Notes under the pieces: model-generated
Database searches by the model: none
What the model was told of the DNA's origin: nothing
What the model saw: only the letters and a program-made list of their open reading frames with translations
Position numbers and translations under genes: made by a program
In this document: in pieces, positions 50,761-62,025 of the stretch
Layout: each line of letters opens with the position of its first letter
Position numbering within the stretch: position 1 is the stretch's first letter
DNA from: an uncultured Erythrobacter sp.
Lineage (GTDB): Bacteria; Pseudomonadota; Alphaproteobacteria; Sphingomonadales; Sphingomonadaceae
Assembly (NCBI RefSeq): GCF_958304185.2
Contig: NZ_CAXXCI010000002.1
Coordinates: 27,221-91,220, forward strand
Direction: 5' to 3'
DNA length: 64,000 bases

Positions 50761-51615
50761 CTAACGCGGCGGTTCGTCCGCCAGATCGCCGAACACATCC
50801 GCCACCGTCGGGGACTTGGGTGCGGGCTTCGGCGCTGGCTTTGGCTCCGGCTTCGGCGCGGCCGGCTTGGCAGCGGGGGCCGAAACCGGCTTCGGAGCCG
50901 TAGCCGGTGCGGGCGTCGCGGCGGCAGCGGGCTTGGGCGCGGGCAATGTGACAGCCTTCGCCGCAGGTGCTGGGGCTGGCTTGGCGGCAGCAGGCGCTGG
51001 CATAGCAGCGGGCGGGCCTGCGGCGGGTCTTGCAGCAGGCGATGATGGCATTGCCACGACCCCCAACGGCTTCGTCAAAGCGGCGACCTGAACACCCATG
51101 ACCCCATCGACCGCCTTGGAAATCACCGGCACTTCATAACGCATCGGGCCGCCGACATTGTATTCCCATACGATCCGGGTGCCCTTGTCGACCTTGCTGA
51201 TTGCAACTGTCAGCACCCCGGTCACCGGCTCGCTCTGAAGCGGGCCGAGGTTGCCGACCATCCGCAGCGCGGATTCCGGATAGGCCTGCACCACCCGCAT
51301 ATGCTCAACACTGCCTTCAAGGGTAAAGCGGCCCGGCTCATCGACCTCAGGGATGGTCTCGCAGAAGCAACCCCCGGCCTGGGGGACGAGGGTCAGGTTC
51401 TTCGAATTACCTGACCAAGTGTGTTCCGATGTCCACCACGTTGCTGGCGAGATCAGCGCGAGCCACACTTCCTTCGGGCTGGCCTTCACCACAACTTCGT
51501 GGCGCGAGACGAAGCTATCGTCCGTCGCGCGCGTAACCTCGGCCGAGGCGGATACGCCCCAGGCCAGCGAGGCGAGGCCGAGCAGCGCCGTGCGCGCGCC
51601 CAAGTGAAGTTTCAT
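50761..51615 (-). CDS. SRPBCC (AHSA1/polyketide-cyclase-like) domain protein with a Pro/Ala/Lys-rich C-terminal tail, secreted
   Basis: ATG at 51615 with a signal peptide. SRPBCC-like core (SPKEVWLALISPATWW). The roughly 90-aa tail runs PAAKPAAPKPEPKPAPKPAPK. Confidence 0.6.
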   Translation of the reverse strand: MKLHLGARTALLGLASLAWGVSASAEVTRATDDSFVSRHEVVVKASPKEVWLALISPATWWTSEHTWSGNSKNLTLVPQAGGCFCETIPEVDEPGRFTLEGSVEHMRVVQAYPESALRMVGNLGPLQSEPVTGVLTVAISKVDKGTRIVWEYNVGGPMRYEVPVISKAVDGVMGVQVAALTKPLGVVAMPSSPAARPAAGPPAAMPAPAAAKPAPAPAAKAVTLPAPKPAAAATPAPATAPKPVSAPAAKPAAPKPEPKPAPKPAPKSPTVADVFGDLADEPPR

Positions 51616-51686
51616 GGCAAGACCCTCCCGTACGATCCGCGCCGGACGCTGGGCCAAAAGCGTGGGGGACACAAGTCCCGCTCGGC

Positions 51687-52334
51687 TCAGCTATCGAGGA
51701 TTGCGTCGATCTGACCCGCGACGGTGTCGATCGCAGCCATGCCATCGATGCGCGAGACAATGCCGCGCGCTTCGTAACCCGGCAGGATCGGCGCGGTCTT
51801 GGCCCGATACTCCTGCATGCGCGTGCGCACGGTTTCCTCGTTATCGTCGGGCCGACGCTTGAACTCGGTGCTACCGCAGGTGTCGCACACGCCCGGCGTC
51901 TTGGGCGGATTGGCGGTGTCGTGGTACAGCGCGCCGCAATTGCCGCAGGAGAAGCGGCCGGTGATGCGTTCTACCAACGCATCCTCGTTCACTTCGAGCT
52001 CAATCACATGGTCGAGCAGTCGGCCATTGCGCGCCAGGATCGCGTCAAGCGCGTCAGCTTGGGCAGCCGTGCGGGGATAGCCATCGAAGATCGCGCCCGT
52101 TTCAGGCGCCATCGCGGCGAGTTCAGCGTCGATCAGGTCGGAGACGATTTCATCCGAGACCAGCTCGCCGCGCTCCATCACTTCCTTGGCGCGGAGCCCG
52201 ACCGGCGTGCCGGCTTTCACCGCGGCACGCAGCATATCGCCGGTCGAAAGCTGGCGCATGCCATGCCGCTCGACCAAGGCTGCACTTTGTGTTCCCTTAC
52301 CCGCGCCGGGAGGGCCAAGAAGAATGATGTTCAC
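51687..52334 (-). CDS. adk: adenylate kinase
   Basis: MNIILLGPPGAGKGTQ and a Zn-lid CGNC..CDTCGS. Confidence 0.97.
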   Translation of the reverse strand: MNIILLGPPGAGKGTQSAALVERHGMRQLSTGDMLRAAVKAGTPVGLRAKEVMERGELVSDEIVSDLIDAELAAMAPETGAIFDGYPRTAAQADALDAILARNGRLLDHVIELEVNEDALVERITGRFSCGNCGALYHDTANPPKTPGVCDTCGSTEFKRRPDDNEETVRTRMQEYRAKTAPILPGYEARGIVSRIDGMAAIDTVAGQIDAILDS

Positions 52335-52437
52335 GAACCGTCCCCCAATATCGCCTCAGGTCTTCGCCCGGCGCGTTCATTCAGACTAGTGGGTTCAACC
52401 AAGCAAGGACCTGCGTCAAGCCGACTAATGTCGGATA

Positions 52438-53802
52438 TCAGCGCATCCGCCCCTTGAGCTTCGCCTTCTTGATGAGATCGCCATATTGCAGGGCCAGCAA
52501 GTGCGACTGGATCTGGCTGATCGTATCGACCGTCACGTTCACGACGATCAGCAGGCTGGTCCCGCCGAGGAACAGCGGAATACCGGTCTGCGCGATCATG
52601 TATTCGGGCACCACGCAGACAACCGTGAGGTATGCCGCGCCGAGCACGGTGATCCGCGTCAGCACATATTCGAGATAATCCGAGGTACGCTTACCGGGGC
52701 GAATGCCGGGGATCGAGCCGCCATTCTTCTTCAGGTTATCCGCCGTTTCCTCGGGGTTGAACACCACCGCGGTGTAGAAGAAGCAGAAGAAGATGATCCC
52801 GATCGCATAGAGCGTCATGTAGAGCGGCTGACCATGCGCGAGGTACTGGTTGAGCGCCTGAAGCACCGAATAGAAGCTGCTATTGGTGTCAACCGAGCTG
52901 CCCGCAAACTGCGTGATCGTCAGCGGCAGCAGCAGCAGCGAGCTGGCGAAGATCGGCGGGATCACACCGGCCGTGTTGATCTTCAGCGGCAGGTAGGACC
53001 GCTCCGCCTGCATCATGCCGCGCTGGGTTGCACGCTTGGGATACTGGATCGTCAGGCGGCGCTGGGCGCGCTCCATGAAAGCGATCAGCAGGATCAGCGC
53101 GACGACCATCACGAGGAAAGCGATGATGATCCACGGCGCGATCGAGCCGGTGCGGCCGCCTTCGAACAGGTTGGTGGCAAAGCTCGGGAACTGCGCCACG
53201 ATGCCGGCCATGATGATCAGCGAGATGCCGTTACCGATGCCGCGGCTAGTGATCTGCTCACCCAGCCACAGCAGGAACATGGTGCCACCGACGAGATTGA
53301 TGACCGCAACGACGCGGAACATGTAACCGGGGTTGACCACCGCCGCGAGGCCGTTCTGCGCGGCAAAGCTTTCAAGCCCCACCGCAATCGCATAGCCTTG
53401 GATGACACACAGCAGCACCGCGCCGTAGCGGGTGTACTGGTTGAGCTTCTGACGCCCGCTCGCGCCTTCTTTCTTCAGCGCAGACAGCGCTGGATGCAGG
53501 GCCGAGGCCATCTGCACCACGATCGAGGCGGTAATATAGGGCATCACGCCGAGCGCGATGAGGCTCATGCGCTCAAGGCTGCCGCCCGAAAAGGCGTTGA
53601 ACAGGTCGAGGATGCCGCCGCGGGTCTGTTGGTACAGCTCGCTCAGGATCAGCGGATTGACGCCAGGCAGCGGCACAAAGCTGAGGAAGCGGAAGACAAT
53701 CAACGCCCCGATCGTGAACCAGATGCGCTGCTTGAGCTCGGTCGCCTTGGCAAAGTTGCCGAGGTTCAGGTTGCTCGCGATATTGTCGGCGCGTGATGCC
53801 AT
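52438..53802 (-). CDS. secY: preprotein translocase subunit SecY
   Basis: 454 aa with 10 TM segments. Position in the spc operon is conserved. Confidence 0.97.
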   Translation of the reverse strand: MASRADNIASNLNLGNFAKATELKQRIWFTIGALIVFRFLSFVPLPGVNPLILSELYQQTRGGILDLFNAFSGGSLERMSLIALGVMPYITASIVVQMASALHPALSALKKEGASGRQKLNQYTRYGAVLLCVIQGYAIAVGLESFAAQNGLAAVVNPGYMFRVVAVINLVGGTMFLLWLGEQITSRGIGNGISLIIMAGIVAQFPSFATNLFEGGRTGSIAPWIIIAFLVMVVALILLIAFMERAQRRLTIQYPKRATQRGMMQAERSYLPLKINTAGVIPPIFASSLLLLPLTITQFAGSSVDTNSSFYSVLQALNQYLAHGQPLYMTLYAIGIIFFCFFYTAVVFNPEETADNLKKNGGSIPGIRPGKRTSDYLEYVLTRITVLGAAYLTVVCVVPEYMIAQTGIPLFLGGTSLLIVVNVTVDTISQIQSHLLALQYGDLIKKAKLKGRMR

Positions 53803-53943
53803 GTCGTTCTGTCAGTCCTAGCTCTTGATCCGGTGGTGATGGCTGATCTGCAACCATCCCGAACCATCCAATGCGCGCCTATGCTGCAAGAGCTGGCCCA
53901 GCATCAGAAGGGCCCATCCAGCGCGCGAGAGCGTAAATAGGGA

Positions 53944-53972
53944 GCGCGGGGGCACTTGTCGAACCCCCGCGC
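53944..53972 (-). other. 9-bp GC hairpin in the rplO-secY spacer
   Basis: gcgcggggg (53944-53952) pairs with cccccgcgc (53964-53972), about 15 nt downstream of the rplO stop. Confidence 0.5.
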
Positions 53973-53987
53973 ATCACCTTTTGTCGA

Positions 53988-54524
53988 TTACTTCGCGCGT
54001 GCAGCCGTAGCGGCAGCCTTGTTGGCGTCGCGGCGAGCAAGCTTCTTCTCATGCTCGGGCGTCGGTACAGCCGCCACTTCGACGCTGCCACCGGCCTTTT
54101 CGACCGCAGCAATAGCGCCCTTGGTCGCGCCAGTTACGGCGAAGGTCACCTTGGCGGTGATCTCACCCTTGCCCAGCAGACGCACGCCGTCCTTGCCATC
54201 ACGCACCAGACCGACAGCACGCAATGCATCTTCGGTGATGGTGGCCTTGGCGTCGAGTTTGCCCGCGTCGATGAACTTCTGGATCATGCCGATGTTCACT
54301 TCGGCGTAGTCCTTGGCGAAGGGGTTGTTGAAGCCGCGCTTCGGCAGGCGCATGTGAAGCGGCATCTGCCCGCCTTCAAAGCCCTTGATCGCCACACCGG
54401 AACGAGCCTTCTGGCCCTTCTGACCGCGCGCCGAGGTCTTGCCCTTGCCCGAGCCGATACCACGGCCCACACGCATCCGGCCCTTACGGGCACCGGCATT
54501 GTCGCGGATGTCATTCAGTTTCAT
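53988..54524 (-). CDS. rplO: 50S ribosomal protein L15
   Basis: [30 protein letters not shown]. Confidence 0.97.
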   Translation of the reverse strand: MKLNDIRDNAGARKGRMRVGRGIGSGKGKTSARGQKGQKARSGVAIKGFEGGQMPLHMRLPKRGFNNPFAKDYAEVNIGMIQKFIDAGKLDAKATITEDALRAVGLVRDGKDGVRLLGKGEITAKVTFAVTGATKGAIAAVEKAGGSVEVAAVPTPEHEKKLARRDANKAAATAARAK

Positions 54525-54569
54525 AGTCGTGCACTCGCTTTCGCTTTTGTCGCGCTTCTTGAAATGCGA

Positions 54570-54642
54570 ATCCCCGCGAAGGCGGGGATCTCATGCCGGT
54601 AGCGCATTGCCAGCGGCACGAGGCCCCCGCCTGCGCGGGGGC
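54570..54642. repeat. double-hairpin REP-like element in the rpmD-rplO spacer
   Basis: atccccgc-gaag-gcggggat (54570-54589) and gcccccgc-ctgc-gcgggggc (54623-54642). Sister copy of the uvrA-internal element. Confidence 0.8.
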
Positions 54643-54654
54643 TCACGGCTTTGC

Positions 54655-54831
54655 TTAGTCGATCACCTGTACCAGATGCGGGACCTTGGCGATTGCGCCG
54701 CGCACCTCGGCGGTGTCCTGACGCTCGACGATCTTGTGCATCTTGTTCAGCCCCAGACCGATAAGGATCTGGCGCTGACTGGCGGGGCGACGGATCGGCG
54801 AACCGATCTGCTTGATCTTGATGGTAGCCAT
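54655..54831 (-). CDS. rpmD: 50S ribosomal protein L30
   Basis: Translated by hand because it is not in the ORF track: [58 protein letters not shown], 58 aa. Confidence 0.9.
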   Translation of the reverse strand: MATIKIKQIGSPIRRPASQRQILIGLGLNKMHKIVERQDTAEVRGAIAKVPHLVQVID

Positions 54832-54837
54832 CTCGAA

Positions 54838-55554
54838 TTACTCCACAATCGCCGCAGCGTCGGCTTCAGCCTCAACTGCGCTGGCCCCGCCACGACCCAG
54901 AAGGTCGACGACCTTCTTGCCACGACGCTGAGCAACCGACTTCGGCGAAGTCTGGTCGGAAAGCGCGTCAAAGGTGGCGCGGATCATGTTGTAGGGGTTC
55001 GACGTACCGACCGACTTGGTCACCACGTCAGCGACGCCAAGGCTCTCGAACACAGCGCGCATCGGACCACCGGCGATGATGCCAGTCCCCGGAGGCGCCG
55101 TACGCAGAGTGACCTTGCCCGCGCCAAAGCGGCCATTGCCGTCATGGTGCAGAGTGCGGCCTTCCTTGAGCGGAACGCGGATCATCTTCTTGCGAGCCGC
55201 GGCAGTGGCCTTGGTGATCGCTTCGGGCACTTCGCGAGCCTTGCCGTGGCCGAAGCCAACGCGGCCCTGACCGTCGCCGACCACGACCAGCGCCGCAAAG
55301 CCGAAGCGCTTGCCGCCCTTTACGGTCTTGGAGACGCGGTTGATGTGCACCAGCTTTTCGATGATGCCGTCATCTTCTTCCTGCTTGCCACCGCGACGGT
55401 CATCACGACCGCCACGACCACGTCCGCGATCGCCGCCACCGCCTTCACGGTTGCCGCCACGGCCACGGCCACGACGGCCCTGCGCTTCACCGGCATCGCC
55501 AGCAACTTCGCTGCTGACCACTTCGGGGGTTTCGATGGTGTTCTCGTCAGCCAT
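54838..55554 (-). CDS. rpsE: 30S ribosomal protein S5 (with an RGG-rich N-terminal extension)
   Basis: [27 protein letters not shown] core. Confidence 0.97.
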   Translation of the reverse strand: MADENTIETPEVVSSEVAGDAGEAQGRRGRGRGGNREGGGGDRGRGRGGRDDRRGGKQEEDDGIIEKLVHINRVSKTVKGGKRFGFAALVVVGDGQGRVGFGHGKAREVPEAITKATAAARKKMIRVPLKEGRTLHHDGNGRFGAGKVTLRTAPPGTGIIAGGPMRAVFESLGVADVVTKSVGTSNPYNMIRATFDALSDQTSPKSVAQRRGKKVVDLLGRGGASAVEAEADAAAIVE

Positions 55555-55556
55555 AA

Positions 55557-55901
55557 TCAGAACTCCAGCCCGCCTTCACGGGCGGCATCGGCCAGCGCTT
55601 TGACGCGACCATGGAACAGGAACCCGCCGCGATCGAACACGACAGTGGTCACGCCCGCCTTCTTGGCAGCTTCGGCAATTGCCTTGCCGACTTCGACAGC
55701 GGCATCGACATTCGCGCCGCTCGCCTTGGCACCGAGCGTCGAGGCGGCAGCGACAGTCTTGCCGGCTGCATCATCGATGATCTGGGCGTAGATGTGACGG
55801 CCGGTGCGGTGCACCGACAGACGGGGCTTGCCACCGGCGCGAGCACGCAGAGCGGTGCGAACGCGGCGACGGCGCCGTTCGAAAAGGGAAAGCTTTGCCA
55901 T
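55557..55901 (-). CDS. rplR: 50S ribosomal protein L18
   Basis: ATG at 55901: [33 protein letters not shown]. 114 aa. Confidence 0.95.
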   Translation of the reverse strand: MAKLSLFERRRRRVRTALRARAGGKPRLSVHRTGRHIYAQIIDDAAGKTVAAASTLGAKASGANVDAAVEVGKAIAEAAKKAGVTTVVFDRGGFLFHGRVKALADAAREGGLEF

Positions 55902-55902
55902 C

Positions 55903-56436
55903 TTATCTCTTCTTCCCTTCCTTGCGGAAGATAAACTCGCCCTTGTAAGCAATCCCCTTGCCCTTGTAGGGCTCGGGCTTGCGCCAGCGGCGGATTTCGG
56001 CAGCAAACTGGCCAACGGCCTGCTTGTCGGTTCCGGAAATCTCGATCGTGGTCTGATCCGGCGTCTTGACTTCAAGACCCTCGGGCACAGGCAGGTCGAC
56101 ATCATGGCTGTAGCCAAGCTGCAGCTTCAGATTGCGGCCCTGCGCGTTGGCACGGTAGCCGACACCCTTGATGACGAGGACCTTGGTGAAGCCGTCAGTG
56201 ACGCCTTCGACCAGGTTCGACACCAGCGTGCGCTGCATGCCCCAGAAGGCCCGCGCCTGACGGCTGTCATTGGCCGGCTTGACCGAAATCTCGCCCTCTT
56301 CGACCTTGTAGTCGATGAGGTCGGACAGACCCAGGGTCAGGGTGCCCTTGGGCCCCTTCACCGTCAGAGTGCCGTTGTCGATCGTGGCGGTAACACCGCC
56401 AGGGATCGCCACCGGCTTTTTACCGATGCGGCTCAT
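55903..56436 (-). CDS. rplF: 50S ribosomal protein L6
   Basis: [31 protein letters not shown]. Confidence 0.97.
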   Translation of the reverse strand: MSRIGKKPVAIPGGVTATIDNGTLTVKGPKGTLTLGLSDLIDYKVEEGEISVKPANDSRQARAFWGMQRTLVSNLVEGVTDGFTKVLVIKGVGYRANAQGRNLKLQLGYSHDVDLPVPEGLEVKTPDQTTIEISGTDKQAVGQFAAEIRRWRKPEPYKGKGIAYKGEFIFRKEGKKR

Positions 56437-56831
56437 CAGAACACCTCCGCCAGGACTTCGCCGCCGACGTTGTGGCTGCGTGCTTCGGCATCCGAGAGCA
56501 CGCCGCGCGGCGTCGAGACGATCGTGATGCCAAGGCCGTTACGGATCGTCGGCAGTTCCTTGGAACCCGAATAGACCCGGCGACCCGGCTTGGAGACGCG
56601 GGCCACGTGCTTGATCGCGGGCTCGCCTTCGAAATACTTCAGTTCGATCCGCAGCGCCGGATGCTTGCCCGAATTGTCTTCGCTGTAGCCACGGATGTAG
56701 CCTTCACGCTGAAGCACTTCGAGCACGCTTGCGCGAAGGTTGCTCGCGGGCGTGAGCACGGAGTCCTTCTTCGCACGCTGGCCGTTGCGGATGCGGGTGA
56801 GCATATCACCCAGAGGATCGGTCATAGCCAT
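56436..56831 (-). CDS. rpsH: 30S ribosomal protein S8
   Basis: [15 protein letters not shown]. Confidence 0.97.
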   Translation of the reverse strand: MAMTDPLGDMLTRIRNGQRAKKDSVLTPASNLRASVLEVLQREGYIRGYSEDNSGKHPALRIELKYFEGEPAIKHVARVSKPGRRVYSGSKELPTIRNGLGITIVSTPRGVLSDAEARSHNVGGEVLAEVF

Positions 56832-56841
56832 TGTTCAGTCC

Positions 56842-57147
56842 TCACCAGCTCGACTTGGTCAGACCGGGAATCATCCCGCTGTTGCCGAGTTGACGCAGTT
56901 CGATGCGGTTGATGCCGAACTTGCGGTAATAGCCGCGCGGGCGGCCGGTGGTGGCGCAACGGTTGCGGACCCGGGTCGGGTTCGCATTGCGCGGAAGCTC
57001 TGCCATCTTGAGCCGAGCAACCAGGCGCTCAGTCTCTTCGAGGGACTCGTCATTCGCGATCGCCTTCAGCTTCTCGTACTTCGCAGCGTACTGCTTGACG
57101 AGCTTCTTGCGACGCTCATTCTTGTTGATGGAACTCAGTTTCGCCAT
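56842..57147 (-). CDS. rpsN: 30S ribosomal protein S14
   Basis: [34 protein letters not shown]. Confidence 0.97.
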   Translation of the reverse strand: MAKLSSINKNERRKKLVKQYAAKYEKLKAIANDESLEETERLVARLKMAELPRNANPTRVRNRCATTGRPRGYYRKFGINRIELRQLGNSGMIPGLTKSSW

Positions 57148-57189
57148 GGACTTAAGCTCTCTTGCCTAGTGTCGTTTGGGGGAAGCGGC

Positions 57190-57783
57190 TCACGCCGCCT
57201 CCTTCTGTTCGGTTGCCTTTGCGCCCGGTGCTTCGCCCTGGAAGGGGAAGCCGAACAGACGCAGCAATTCGCGCGCCTCTTCATCGGTCTTGGCGGTGGT
57301 GGTGACGATGATGTCCATCCCGCGCACCTTCTCGATCTTGTCGTAGCTGATTTCGGGGAACACGATCTGTTCCTTCAGCCCCATCGCGTAGTTCCCGCGG
57401 CCATCGAACGACTTGGCGTTCAGCCCGCGGAAATCCCGGATGCGCGGCATGGCCACGGTGACGAGACGATCAAGAAATTCGTACATACGTTCACGGCGCA
57501 AGGTGACCTTGCAACCAATCGGCATGCCTTCACGCAGCTTGAACTGCGCGATCGACTTCTTGGCGATGGTGATGACCGGCTTCTGGCCGGCGATCAGCGC
57601 CATTTCTTCAGCGGCGGTCTGGACCTTCTTCTTGTCCTGGCTCGCTTCGCCGACGCCCATGTTGAGCGTGATCTTCAGAAGCTTGGGGACTTCGAGACGG
57701 TTCTTGTAGCCAAACTTCTCGGTCATCGCTTTCACGATTTCCGCGTCGTACTTGGCCTTCATCCGGGCGGTATAATCAGCCAT
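57190..57783 (-). CDS. rplE: 50S ribosomal protein L5
   Basis: ATG at 57783 ([17 protein letters not shown]). [10 protein letters not shown]. Confidence 0.95.
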   Translation of the reverse strand: MADYTARMKAKYDAEIVKAMTEKFGYKNRLEVPKLLKITLNMGVGEASQDKKKVQTAAEEMALIAGQKPVITIAKKSIAQFKLREGMPIGCKVTLRRERMYEFLDRLVTVAMPRIRDFRGLNAKSFDGRGNYAMGLKEQIVFPEISYDKIEKVRGMDIIVTTTAKTDEEARELLRLFGFPFQGEAPGAKATEQKEAA

Positions 57784-58096
57784 CGATGGTCTCCCCACTC
57801 TTCACGGCGACGCGGACCTTTTTGCCGTCCTTCATTTCGAAGCGGACGCGCGTGGCCTTGCCGGTCTTGGGATCAGCAAGCGCAACCTTCGAGATGTGCA
57901 TCGGGGCCGGGAACCGGTCGATGCCACCCTGGGGGTTGGTCTGGCTGGGCTTGCGGTGACGGGCAGCGATGTTCACGCCCTCGACAACAACCTTGCCGTC
58001 CTTCGGCATGACCTGAGCGACCGTACCGGTACGACCCTTGTCCTTGCCCGACAGCACGACGACGCTGTCACCCTTCTTAATCTTAGCGGAAGCCAT
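57776..58096 (-). CDS. rplX: 50S ribosomal protein L24
   Basis: ATG at 58096 shares one base (58096) with the rplN TGA stop. [21 protein letters not shown]. Confidence 0.95.
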   Translation of the reverse strand: MASAKIKKGDSVVVLSGKDKGRTGTVAQVMPKDGKVVVEGVNIAARHRKPSQTNPQGGIDRFPAPMHISKVALADPKTGKATRVRFEMKDGKKVRVAVKSGETIDG

Positions 58097-58464
58097 CACA
58101 GCACCTCCGGAGCGAGCGAAATGATCTTCATGAAGCCGCGCGAACGCAGTTCACGCACCACCGGGCCAAAGATACGGGTGCCAATCGGCTCCTCGTTCTT
58201 GTTGACCAGCACGGCAGCATTGCTGTCGAAACGGATCACGGTGCCGTCGGGACGACGCACTTCCTTGCGGGTGCGGACGATCACGGCGCGATGGACATCG
58301 CCCTTCTTGACCTTCGCGCGCGGCTGCGCCTCCTTGATGGAGACGACGATCACATCGCCGACGCCCGCGGTACGACGCTTCGACCCGCCCAGCACCTTGA
58401 TGCACTGGACGCGCTTAGCGCCGCTGTTGTCCGCGACGTCGAGATTGGATTGCATCTGGATCAT
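58096..58464 (-). CDS. rplN: 50S ribosomal protein L14
   Basis: [28 protein letters not shown]. Confidence 0.97.
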   Translation of the reverse strand: MIQMQSNLDVADNSGAKRVQCIKVLGGSKRRTAGVGDVIVVSIKEAQPRAKVKKGDVHRAVIVRTRKEVRRPDGTVIRFDSNAAVLVNKNEEPIGTRIFGPVVRELRSRGFMKIISLAPEVL

Positions 58465-58540
58465 TGATCCGTCTTCCTTCTCACTGGCTTACCAGGACAC
58501 CCGATCCGACCGGGGCCTGACAGTTCCGATTACGCCTAAT

Positions 58541-58831
58541 TCAGTTACCCGCAGCTGCGACGTCGAGGTCGGCTTCCACCGCCTGCACGCCACCTGCCAC
58601 AACCCGGTCCTTGACGATCCAGGTCTTGGTCTTGGACATCGGGCGGGTCTCTTCGATCCGCACCACGTCACCCACGGTGTATTCATTGGTTTCGTCGTGC
58701 GCGTGATACTTCTTCGAACGACGGATGATCTTCCCGTAAAGCGGGTGCTTCACCTTGCGTTCGACCAGCACGGTCACGGTCTTGTTGGTCTTGTCGGAGG
58801 TCACAGTCCCGACGAGGATGCGCTTGGGCAT
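58541..58831 (-). CDS. rpsQ: 30S ribosomal protein S17
   Basis: [34 protein letters not shown]. Confidence 0.97.
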   Translation of the reverse strand: MPKRILVGTVTSDKTNKTVTVLVERKVKHPLYGKIIRRSKKYHAHDETNEYTVGDVVRIEETRPMSKTKTWIVKDRVVAGGVQAVEADLDVAAAGN

Positions 58832-58842
58832 TGTGCTACTCC

Positions 58843-59055
58843 TTACGCCTTGGCGGCGGCGGTTTTGGCCGCACGCTCGTTTTGCAGCGTCTTGATCTGC
58901 GCGATGGTCCGGCGCACCTGACGGATGCGCGCGGGAGCCTCGAGCTGGTTGGTCGCAGCCTGGAACCGCAGATTGTACTGCTCGCGCTTCAGCTCGGTGA
59001 GCTCGGCGGTCAGCTGATCATCAGTCTTGGTGCGAAGGTCCGCAAAGTCGGCCAT
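58843..59055 (-). CDS. rpmC: 50S ribosomal protein L29
   Basis: ATG at 59055: [32 protein letters not shown]. 70 aa. Confidence 0.93.
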   Translation of the reverse strand: MADFADLRTKTDDQLTAELTELKREQYNLRFQAATNQLEAPARIRQVRRTIAQIKTLQNERAAKTAAAKA

Positions 59056-59489
59056 TATTCGCCTCCCAGGTGGCTGGTGTCGCCGAGACGGGCAACAACC
59101 TTGGTCTTGATCGGCAGCTTCATGGCTGCACGCTCGAACGCTTCGGCCGCGAGCGGGCCGGCAACGCCATCGAGTTCGAACAGGATGCGGCCCGGCTTCA
59201 CCTTGGCTGCCCAATATTCGACCGAACCCTTGCCCTTACCCTGACGGACTTCAGCAGGCTTCTTCGTCACGGGCACATCTGGGAAGACGCGGATCCAGAG
59301 ACGGCCCTGACGCTTGATGTGACGCGTGATCGCGCGGCGAGCCGCTTCGATCTGACGTGCGGTAATCCGCTCGGGTTCCAGAGCCTTCAGACCATAGGAG
59401 CCAAAGTTAAGGGTGGTGCCACCCTTGGCTTCGCCCTTGATCCGTCCCTTGAACTGCTTGCGGAACTTGTGCTTTTTCGGTTGCAACAT
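59055..59489 (-). CDS. rplP: 50S ribosomal protein L16
   Basis: [19 protein letters not shown]. Confidence 0.97.
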   Translation of the reverse strand: MLQPKKHKFRKQFKGRIKGEAKGGTTLNFGSYGLKALEPERITARQIEAARRAITRHIKRQGRLWIRVFPDVPVTKKPAEVRQGKGKGSVEYWAAKVKPGRILFELDGVAGPLAAEAFERAAMKLPIKTKVVARLGDTSHLGGE

Positions 59490-59500
59490 GGTCTGTTACC

Positions 59501-60196
59501 TCAACGAGCCGGACGGACGCCGGAAGTCTGCGCTTCCATCATCAGGCGGTCCTGGGCGGTCGGATCATGAGCGAGAATCTCGCCCTTGAAGATCCACACC
59601 TTGATACCGATGATCCCGTAGGCGGTGAGCGCTTCACACTCGGCATAATCGATGTTGGCACGCAGCGTGTGCGCCGGAACGCGGCCTTCACGATACGATT
59701 CAACCCGGGCGATTTCCGCGCCGCCAAGACGGCCACCGCAGGTGATCTTGATCCCCTCGGCACCGAGCCGGATGGCCGACTGCATCGCGCGCTTCATCGC
59801 CCGGCGGAACGCCACGCGGCGAACCAGCTGATCAGCGATGCCCTGCGCAACGAGCTTTGAGTCGATTTCCGGCTTGCGGATTTCAACGATGTTCAGCTTC
59901 ACGTCGCTCGGCGTCATGGTCGCCAGCTTCGAGCGCAGCTTTTCGATGTCTGCACCCTTCTTGCCGATGATCACGCCGGGACGTGCCGCATAGATCGACA
60001 CGCGGCACAGCTTGGCCGGACGCTCGATCACCACCTTGGAAACTGCCGCCTGCGGCAGGTTCTTCATGATGTACTTGCGGATCGCGACATCTTCCTTGAG
60101 CAGCTGCGCATAGTCACGCCCTTCGGCGTACCAGCGGCTGTCCCAGGTGCGGTTGATCTGCAGGCGCAGACCGATCGGATTGCTCTTCTGGCCCAT
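59501..60196 (-). CDS. rpsC: 30S ribosomal protein S3
   Basis: [24 protein letters not shown]. Confidence 0.97.
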   Translation of the reverse strand: MGQKSNPIGLRLQINRTWDSRWYAEGRDYAQLLKEDVAIRKYIMKNLPQAAVSKVVIERPAKLCRVSIYAARPGVIIGKKGADIEKLRSKLATMTPSDVKLNIVEIRKPEIDSKLVAQGIADQLVRRVAFRRAMKRAMQSAIRLGAEGIKITCGGRLGGAEIARVESYREGRVPAHTLRANIDYAECEALTAYGIIGIKVWIFKGEILAHDPTAQDRLMMEAQTSGVRPAR

Positions 60197-60197
60197 C

Positions 60198-60575
60198 TTA
60201 CGCCTCTTCTGCTTCGCGAACGACGATCCGCAGCCGTGAGAACGGCTTGAGGATACGGGTCGACTTGCCGCGGCCGCGGGTGTGGAACCGCTTCATCGTC
60301 ACCGACTTGCCGACCGAAGCTTCCGCCACGATCAACGCATCAACGTCGAGGTTGTGGTTGTTTTCGGCATTGGCGATTGCGGAGGCGAGCACCTTGCTCG
60401 CATCGCGCGCCATTGCCCGCTTCGAAAAGGCGAGAATGTTCAACGCCTCTTCAGCCTTCTTGCCACGGATCAGGGCAGCAACGAGGTTGAGCTTCTGCGC
60501 CGAACCACGGATCGTGGTGCCGACGGCCAGCGCCTCGTTATCGCCCACGCGGCGGGGTGCCTTTGCCTTGCTCAT
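60198..60575 (-). CDS. rplV: 50S ribosomal protein L22
   Basis: [17 protein letters not shown]. Confidence 0.97.
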   Translation of the reverse strand: MSKAKAPRRVGDNEALAVGTTIRGSAQKLNLVAALIRGKKAEEALNILAFSKRAMARDASKVLASAIANAENNHNLDVDALIVAEASVGKSVTMKRFHTRGRGKSTRILKPFSRLRIVVREAEEA

Positions 60576-60850
60576 CAGCGCTTGCCCTTCTTGTCGGCAG
60601 CGTGACCGGGGAAGGTGCGCGTGGGCGCAAATTCACCAAGCTTGTGGCCGACCATTTCTTCCGAAACCGAAACGGGAATGAACTTGTGCCCGTTATAGAC
60701 ATTGAAGGTGAGCCCGACGAACTGCGGCAGAATCGTCGAACGCCGCGACCAGGTCTTGATCGGCTTGACGTTGCTCGCTTCCTGCGCGCTTTCAGCCTTC
60801 TTCAACAGGCTCAGCTCGACAAACGGACCTTTCCAGACGGAACGTGCCAT
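60575..60850 (-). CDS. rpsS: 30S ribosomal protein S19
   Basis: [21 protein letters not shown]. Confidence 0.97.
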   Translation of the reverse strand: MARSVWKGPFVELSLLKKAESAQEASNVKPIKTWSRRSTILPQFVGLTFNVYNGHKFIPVSVSEEMVGHKLGEFAPTRTFPGHAADKKGKR

Positions 60851-60856
60851 CGTCTC

Positions 60857-61693
60857 TTACCTCTTCTTCTTCGCGTGACGCGAACGGATGATCATCTTGT
60901 CCGTCTGCTTGTTATGGCGCGTACGGGCACCCTTGGTCGGCTTGCCCCACGGGGTCACCGGATGGCGACCGCCTGAGGTCCGGCCTTCACCACCACCGTG
61001 CGGGTGGTCGACCGGGTTCTTCGCAACACCGCGAGTCAGCGGGCGGACGCCCATCCAACGCTTGCGGCCTGCCTTGGCAAAGTTCTGGTTGCCGTTGTCG
61101 GGGTTCGACACGGCGCCCACAGTGCCCATGCAATCGGCGCGCAGGTAACGCTGCTCACCCGAGTTCAGGCGAACGATGACCATCGCGCGGTCACGACCGA
61201 CGACCTGCACATAAGTGCCGGCCGAACGGGCGATCTGACCACCCTTGCCCGGCTTCATTTCCACGTTGTGGCAAATGGTGCCGACCGGCATCTGACCCAG
61301 CAACATGGCGTTGCCCGGCTTGGTGTCGGTCTTCTCACCAGCTACAACAGTGTCACCAACGGCGAGACGCTGCGGAGCGATGATGTAGGCCTGCTCACCA
61401 TCTTCGTACTTCACCAGTGCGATGAAGGCGGTGCGGTTCGGGTCATATTCCAGACGCTCGACGGTGGCAGGCATATCCCACTTACGACGCTTGAAGTCGA
61501 TGAAACGGTACTTCTGCTTGTGACCACCGGCGATGCCACGCGAGGTGACATGGCCCTTGTTGTTACGGCCACCGGTCTTGTGCTTACCTTCGGTAAGCGC
61601 CTTGACCGGCTTGCCCTTCCACAGGGCCGACTTGTCGACCAGAATCAGACCGCGGCGAGCGGGACTGGTCGGTTTATAGTTCTTGAGTGCCAT
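60857..61693 (-). CDS. rplB: 50S ribosomal protein L2
   Basis: [27 protein letters not shown]. Confidence 0.97.
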   Translation of the reverse strand: MALKNYKPTSPARRGLILVDKSALWKGKPVKALTEGKHKTGGRNNKGHVTSRGIAGGHKQKYRFIDFKRRKWDMPATVERLEYDPNRTAFIALVKYEDGEQAYIIAPQRLAVGDTVVAGEKTDTKPGNAMLLGQMPVGTICHNVEMKPGKGGQIARSAGTYVQVVGRDRAMVIVRLNSGEQRYLRADCMGTVGAVSNPDNGNQNFAKAGRKRWMGVRPLTRGVAKNPVDHPHGGGEGRTSGGRHPVTPWGKPTKGARTRHNKQTDKMIIRSRHAKKKR

Positions 61694-61716
61694 TGTTCGT
61701 GTCCTGTCCCTTGGCC

Positions 61717-62025
61717 TCAGATACCGCTGGTGATGTCGATCATTTCACCCTCGGCGAGGGTGACAATGGCCTTCTTCACATCGGAACGCGTGTAGGGCTT
61801 GCCCTTCCAACGCTTGGTCTTGCCCTTCATGATCAGGGTGTTCACCGAAACGACCTTCTTGTCGTAGATCGCTTCGATGGCTTCCTTGATCTGCGGCTTG
61901 GTCGCGCTTCCAGCAACCTTGAAGACCACAGCATTGTGTTCCGAAGCCAGTGTCGACTTTTCGGTGATGTGGGGCGCGAGGATCACGTCGTAATGACGCG
62001 CATCGACGGTTTGCTTCTTAGCCAT
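61717..62025 (-). CDS. rplW: 50S ribosomal protein L23
   Basis: [15 protein letters not shown]. 102 aa. Confidence 0.95.
   Translation of the reverse strand: MAKKQTVDARHYDVILAPHITEKSTLASEHNAVVFKVAGSATKPQIKEAIEAIYDKKVVSVNTLIMKGKTKRWKGKPYTRSDVKKAIVTLAEGEMIDITSGI

Noticed and set aside
55380-55554. RGG/RGR-rich N-terminal extension of S5, and the acidic C-terminal extension of L3 (62651-62800), as novel fusions
   Set aside because: These are low-complexity tails on otherwise canonical ribosomal proteins. Such extensions are common lineage-specific features and carry no extra domain signal.
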